In this document: piece after piece, positions 60,251-64,000 of the stretch
Numbering within the stretch: the first letter of the stretch is position 1
Layout: every line of letters begins with the position of its first letter
Assembly (NCBI GenBank): GCA_043228905.1
Contig: JBHGNT010000009.1
Span: 15,376,001-15,440,000 of the forward strand
DNA length: 64,000 nt
Direction: 5' to 3'
Source of the DNA: Azolla caroliniana
Taxonomy: Eukaryota > Plantae > Polypodiophyta
The notes under the pieces: model-generated
What the model was told of the DNA's origin: nothing
The model's database searches: none
The model's input: only the letters and a program-made list of their open reading frames with translations
Position numbers and translations under genes: made by a program

Positions 60251-63200
60251 TTTAGTTGAATTTATATTTCTATCATTGTACTTTTACATGTAAATTCTCA
60301 TACATGAGAGCTAAAATGAGTGACATGGTTATCATGCACCACATGTAATACATAAGCGCCAAATGGCAAACATGCATTTTATGCATGTCTTGTACCCTCA
60401 CATGCATCATATGCATGAGAGCATCTATAAAAGAAGGAAGGGGGAGGAGAAAAAACACGGTTTTTTTTGTTATGAAATTAAGAAGAAGAAATTCGTTATC
60501 AAATTGATCGTGTAACTTGTTTCTTAAATCTAAAGTTAAAAGTTCAATCAATCTCTCTCAATCGTTTAATCTCAACTTCTCTCTTTCCCAATCTATCTTA
60601 AGTACTTTCTCGCTAAAGCTTACGCAAAAGCTTGTACCGACTTTGAATCCTTCCGGTCCAGAACCCCGACGGTTCCGCCTCACGATCCACGTGTAATGAC
60701 GGATCTTCACGACATCGGGAAGAAGGTATCATGGTGATGTCGACAGCAATTCCAGACCCTTTGAAAGTAGGGGGAGTCGAGGAGGCTATGAGAACCGGCA
60801 AGGGAAACACGTTGCAGAATGCTGGTATTGTGGCAAGAAAGGCCACAAGGAGAGCGAGTGTTGGAAGAAGCACGCCTATTCGGAGAAAACTGGATTTGGA
60901 TTCGGACCGACCGAACAAAGAAATCGGCAGCGGACGCACTACGCCGAAGGATCTGAAAAAGTCGGAAAGGGGACAACCTTCGTGACAAGACACGAAGCGA
61001 ACTCGATGAAGAAGACCACCCTGAAATCAGATGAAGTGTGGTACGTTGACTCCGGAGCATCAAACGATATGACGAACCATAAAGAGTGGTTCTCATATCT
61101 GGAAAAACCGGAACAACCGGGAGTAGTTGCAACCGGAGATGTCACTCCGCATCCGATCATACATGTCGGTGAAGTTCCCCTCAGTCACGTCAGGAAAAAA
61201 GGGAAGCTAATGAACGTGTTACATGTCCCGACAATTACGAAAAATTTGGCGTCGGTCGGACAGATCGTCGACCAGGGGATGCAAGTTTGGTTCATAGCTC
61301 GGGTGCTTCATCGAGGAAGAAGGCCAAGTTATTGCGCAAGGGCGTAGAGATGGGAGGATGTTCATCCTCGACACCAATGACGTAGGCACCGCCATGTTTG
61401 AAAAAGGACAAAAAGTCGAATATGATATTGACTTGTGGCATAAGCGGATAGGCCATGTCAACTACCAAAGGTTTCAAGACCTGCAAGCGAAACAAGTTGT
61501 GTTCGGATTGCCGAAACAGTCGTCGAAAGGTTGAAATTTGTGAATCTTGCCTGCTAGGGAAGCAACACCGACTTCCTATCCCCAACGAGCGTAATCAGAG
61601 CCAAAATAAGCTCGACTTGATACATTCAGATGTGTGGGGACCAACACAGAACGTGAGTCTTGGCGGGAGTTGATATTTCGTCTCCTTCATCGACGACTAC
61701 ACCCGGCACACATGGATCTAACTCATTGAAAAAAAGAGTGAAGTCATTGACTGTTTCCGGAACCTCAAAAATCTTGCCGAAAAGGAAACAGGGAGGAAGA
61801 TCAAGTGCCTACGGTCGGATGGTGGAAAAGAGTACTTTTCCGGCCAATTCAACAATTATCTGCAACAAATGGGAATTCGGCGCGAATTCAGTTGCAGGTA
61901 TATGCCAGACCAAAACGGCGTAGCCGAAAGGTAGAATCGGTCGGTTGTGGAAGTGGCACGGGCAATGCTGGAAGAAAAGAGCATGCCCAAGTTCTATTGG
62001 GCTGAAGCGGTCCGAACCGCGGTCTACATCCACAATTGGATCGGAGAAAAAGTGTCCGCACATGAGCTGTATTTCGAAAGGAAGCCGAATCTACGACACT
62101 TGAGGGTTTTCGGTAGCATCGCATATGTGCATGTGCTGAAGGAGAAGCGGAGGAAGCTAGACGCGAAAGCCGAGAAGTGTATCTTGGTCGGCTATTCGAA
62201 CTAACAGAAGGGATATAAGTGTTATAACTCCCGCACCAAACAAGCTCGTGTAAGTCGCGATGTCGTGTTCAATGAGTTTGCGTCTTAGTATTTGCCTCCG
62301 ACTACGGACCTCAGCTCCAATCCGAGTTCTGAAGATGAGGTTAGCGAGACTAAGATGCCTCCTGATGAACCCGAAGTCGGAACTCTTGAAGAGAGTCCGA
62401 TCTCATTTCAGCTAAGTGGACTGAATGAGCGACTGAGTCGGTTTGACTAGTCAGATGAAGATTTGGTGAGTAGTGGAGACTGGTCATGCATTCCCCGCGT
62501 AGGAAGCCGAAGAGACGACTTACTCGCAAAGAAAAGGGAAAGAAGAAGATGCTGGAGTACGGCACGGATAGGGTCGAGTCGGATTGACGTGAATCTGACT
62601 CCGAGAAGAGCGATGACAGGCCTTCAAGAACGAAGCCCACGTCGGCCAGAACGGCCTCAACATCAGCTAATGAGCAATTACATCGATCTACCCGCCAGAA
62701 GAACCCTGTTGTACGGTTTGGATAGAACGAGTACATGGCGCATCACTATGCGTACATGACACGTGTAGCGGAAGTGCGTGAGCCGGAGAGCTACACAGAA
62801 GCGGCAAAGGAAGCAAATTGGTGTGCCGCCATGGAGGAAGAGATGAACGCACTTGCGGCGAATGAAACCTGGGGCCTGGTTGACGTCCCCAAGGGTGTAA
62901 AGCCGATTGGATGCAGGTGGGTGTACAAGATCAAGTACAACACCGACAGCTTGATAAACTGATACAAGGCTCGGTTAGTAGCAAAAGGCTATGCGCAACA
63001 ACACGACATTGATTACGATGAGACATTTGCGTCAGTCGCAAAGATGACGACCATCCGTGTTTTGCTTGCGGTAGCTGTGGCAAAGGGGTGGCACCTACAT
63101 AAGATGGATGTAAACAATGCGTTCCTACAAAGTGAGCTTGAGGAACAAGTGTACATGGTGCAGCCCCCTGGATTTCACTCCGGAACGAACACTTCGGCGG

Positions 63201-64000
63201 TATGCCGGTTGAAGAAGTCCCTTTACGGACTAAAGCAAGCCCCACGTGCCTAGAACGCGAAGATCACACAACAATTGCGTCGGATGGGATTTGCGACGTC
63301 CAAATCGGACTCTTCATTGTTCGTCCAGCAAGGTCACTTCGACCGGTTGTATTTAACTTTATGTTGATGACTTGGTCATCGCCGACATCAACCTAGGTGA
63401 AATTGACCGCGTAAAGCTCCAACTTGCAGCATCATTTGATATGAAGGACCTGGGGGACCTTCATTACTTTCTCGAGATTGAAGTGATAGAAACCCCCGAA
63501 GGCATACTAATCAGCCAACGACATTACATGCTGAGTATGCTCTTCAAGTTTGGGATGGCAGACTGTAAGTCCGTCTCAACTCCTCTGGACAAAACCGTGA
63601 AGTTTTGCCCCAACTCCAGAAAGGTCTGCGACCTGAAAAGGTTCTGACAGATTTTCGGAAGCCTCATATACTTGACTATCACCCGACCGGACCTCAGTTA
63701 CCCAATCGGCTTGCTTAGTCAGTTCATCACGCAGCCAACTGAGGAGCACCTTCAGTGCGCGCAACGCATACTCAAGTACATCAGTGGCACTAAGGACCGG
63801 GGGCTACTATTTTGGACTGGTATTGCCATGCAGCTAGTGGGCTATACAGATGTCGACTGGGCCGGAGACGCCGATGATCGCCAATCCACATCCGGATTAG
63901 CGTTCTCCCTTGGGAGCGTCGCGATCACGTGGAGTAGCAAGAAGCAGCCGACAGTTGCACTGTCGAGCACAAAGGTCGAGTATCGAGGAGCGGATGTCGC

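Larger units (their letters stand above)
59329..60714. mobile_element. 1386-bp insertion (solo-LTR-like) with 12-bp terminal inverted repeats
   Basis: TGTCGTGAAGAT...ATCTTCACGACA; splits copia gag; flanks ACGG / TCGG. Confidence 0.75.
58153..64000 (+). mobile_element. Degenerate copia (family-A-related) running off the window
   Basis: 5' LTR 58153-58539, PBS 58540-58551, gag from about 58653, WYVDSGAS about 61040, IN about 61600-62250, RT about 62760-63800, RH start; many stops. Confidence 0.92.

Overview
Retrotransposon-dense land-plant nuclear DNA; a non-seed plant such as a fern or lycophyte is my inference from the TE families and GC style. Two host genes lie on the minus strand. One is an intronless DREB-type AP2/ERF gene (16236-17138). 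The other is a five-coding-exon HSBP gene (heat shock factor binding protein, about 84 aa, 26122-35690) that the ORF track misses and that contains a U12 AT-AC intron. The rest is nested Ty1/copia and Ty3/gypsy elements (several with PBS, PPT and 5-bp TSDs resolved), one intact young copia (49911-55264), a LINE, a CACTA end and a MITE. Most unusual: (i) a 793-bp TG...CA element with a 5-bp TSD made of two inverted LTR-like arms in HSBP intron 2; (ii) a cluster of structured-RNA candidates in HSBP intron 1 (a box C/D snoRNA with a 25S rRNA guide, an ACA-ended hairpin, and an element resembling the conserved plant RS-splicing-factor poison-exon region); (iii) an unrecognised coiled-coil extra ORF just before the 3' LTR of two diverged gypsy-type elements, which share a non-polypurine motif where the PPT should be. 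All calls are by eye, with no searches run.
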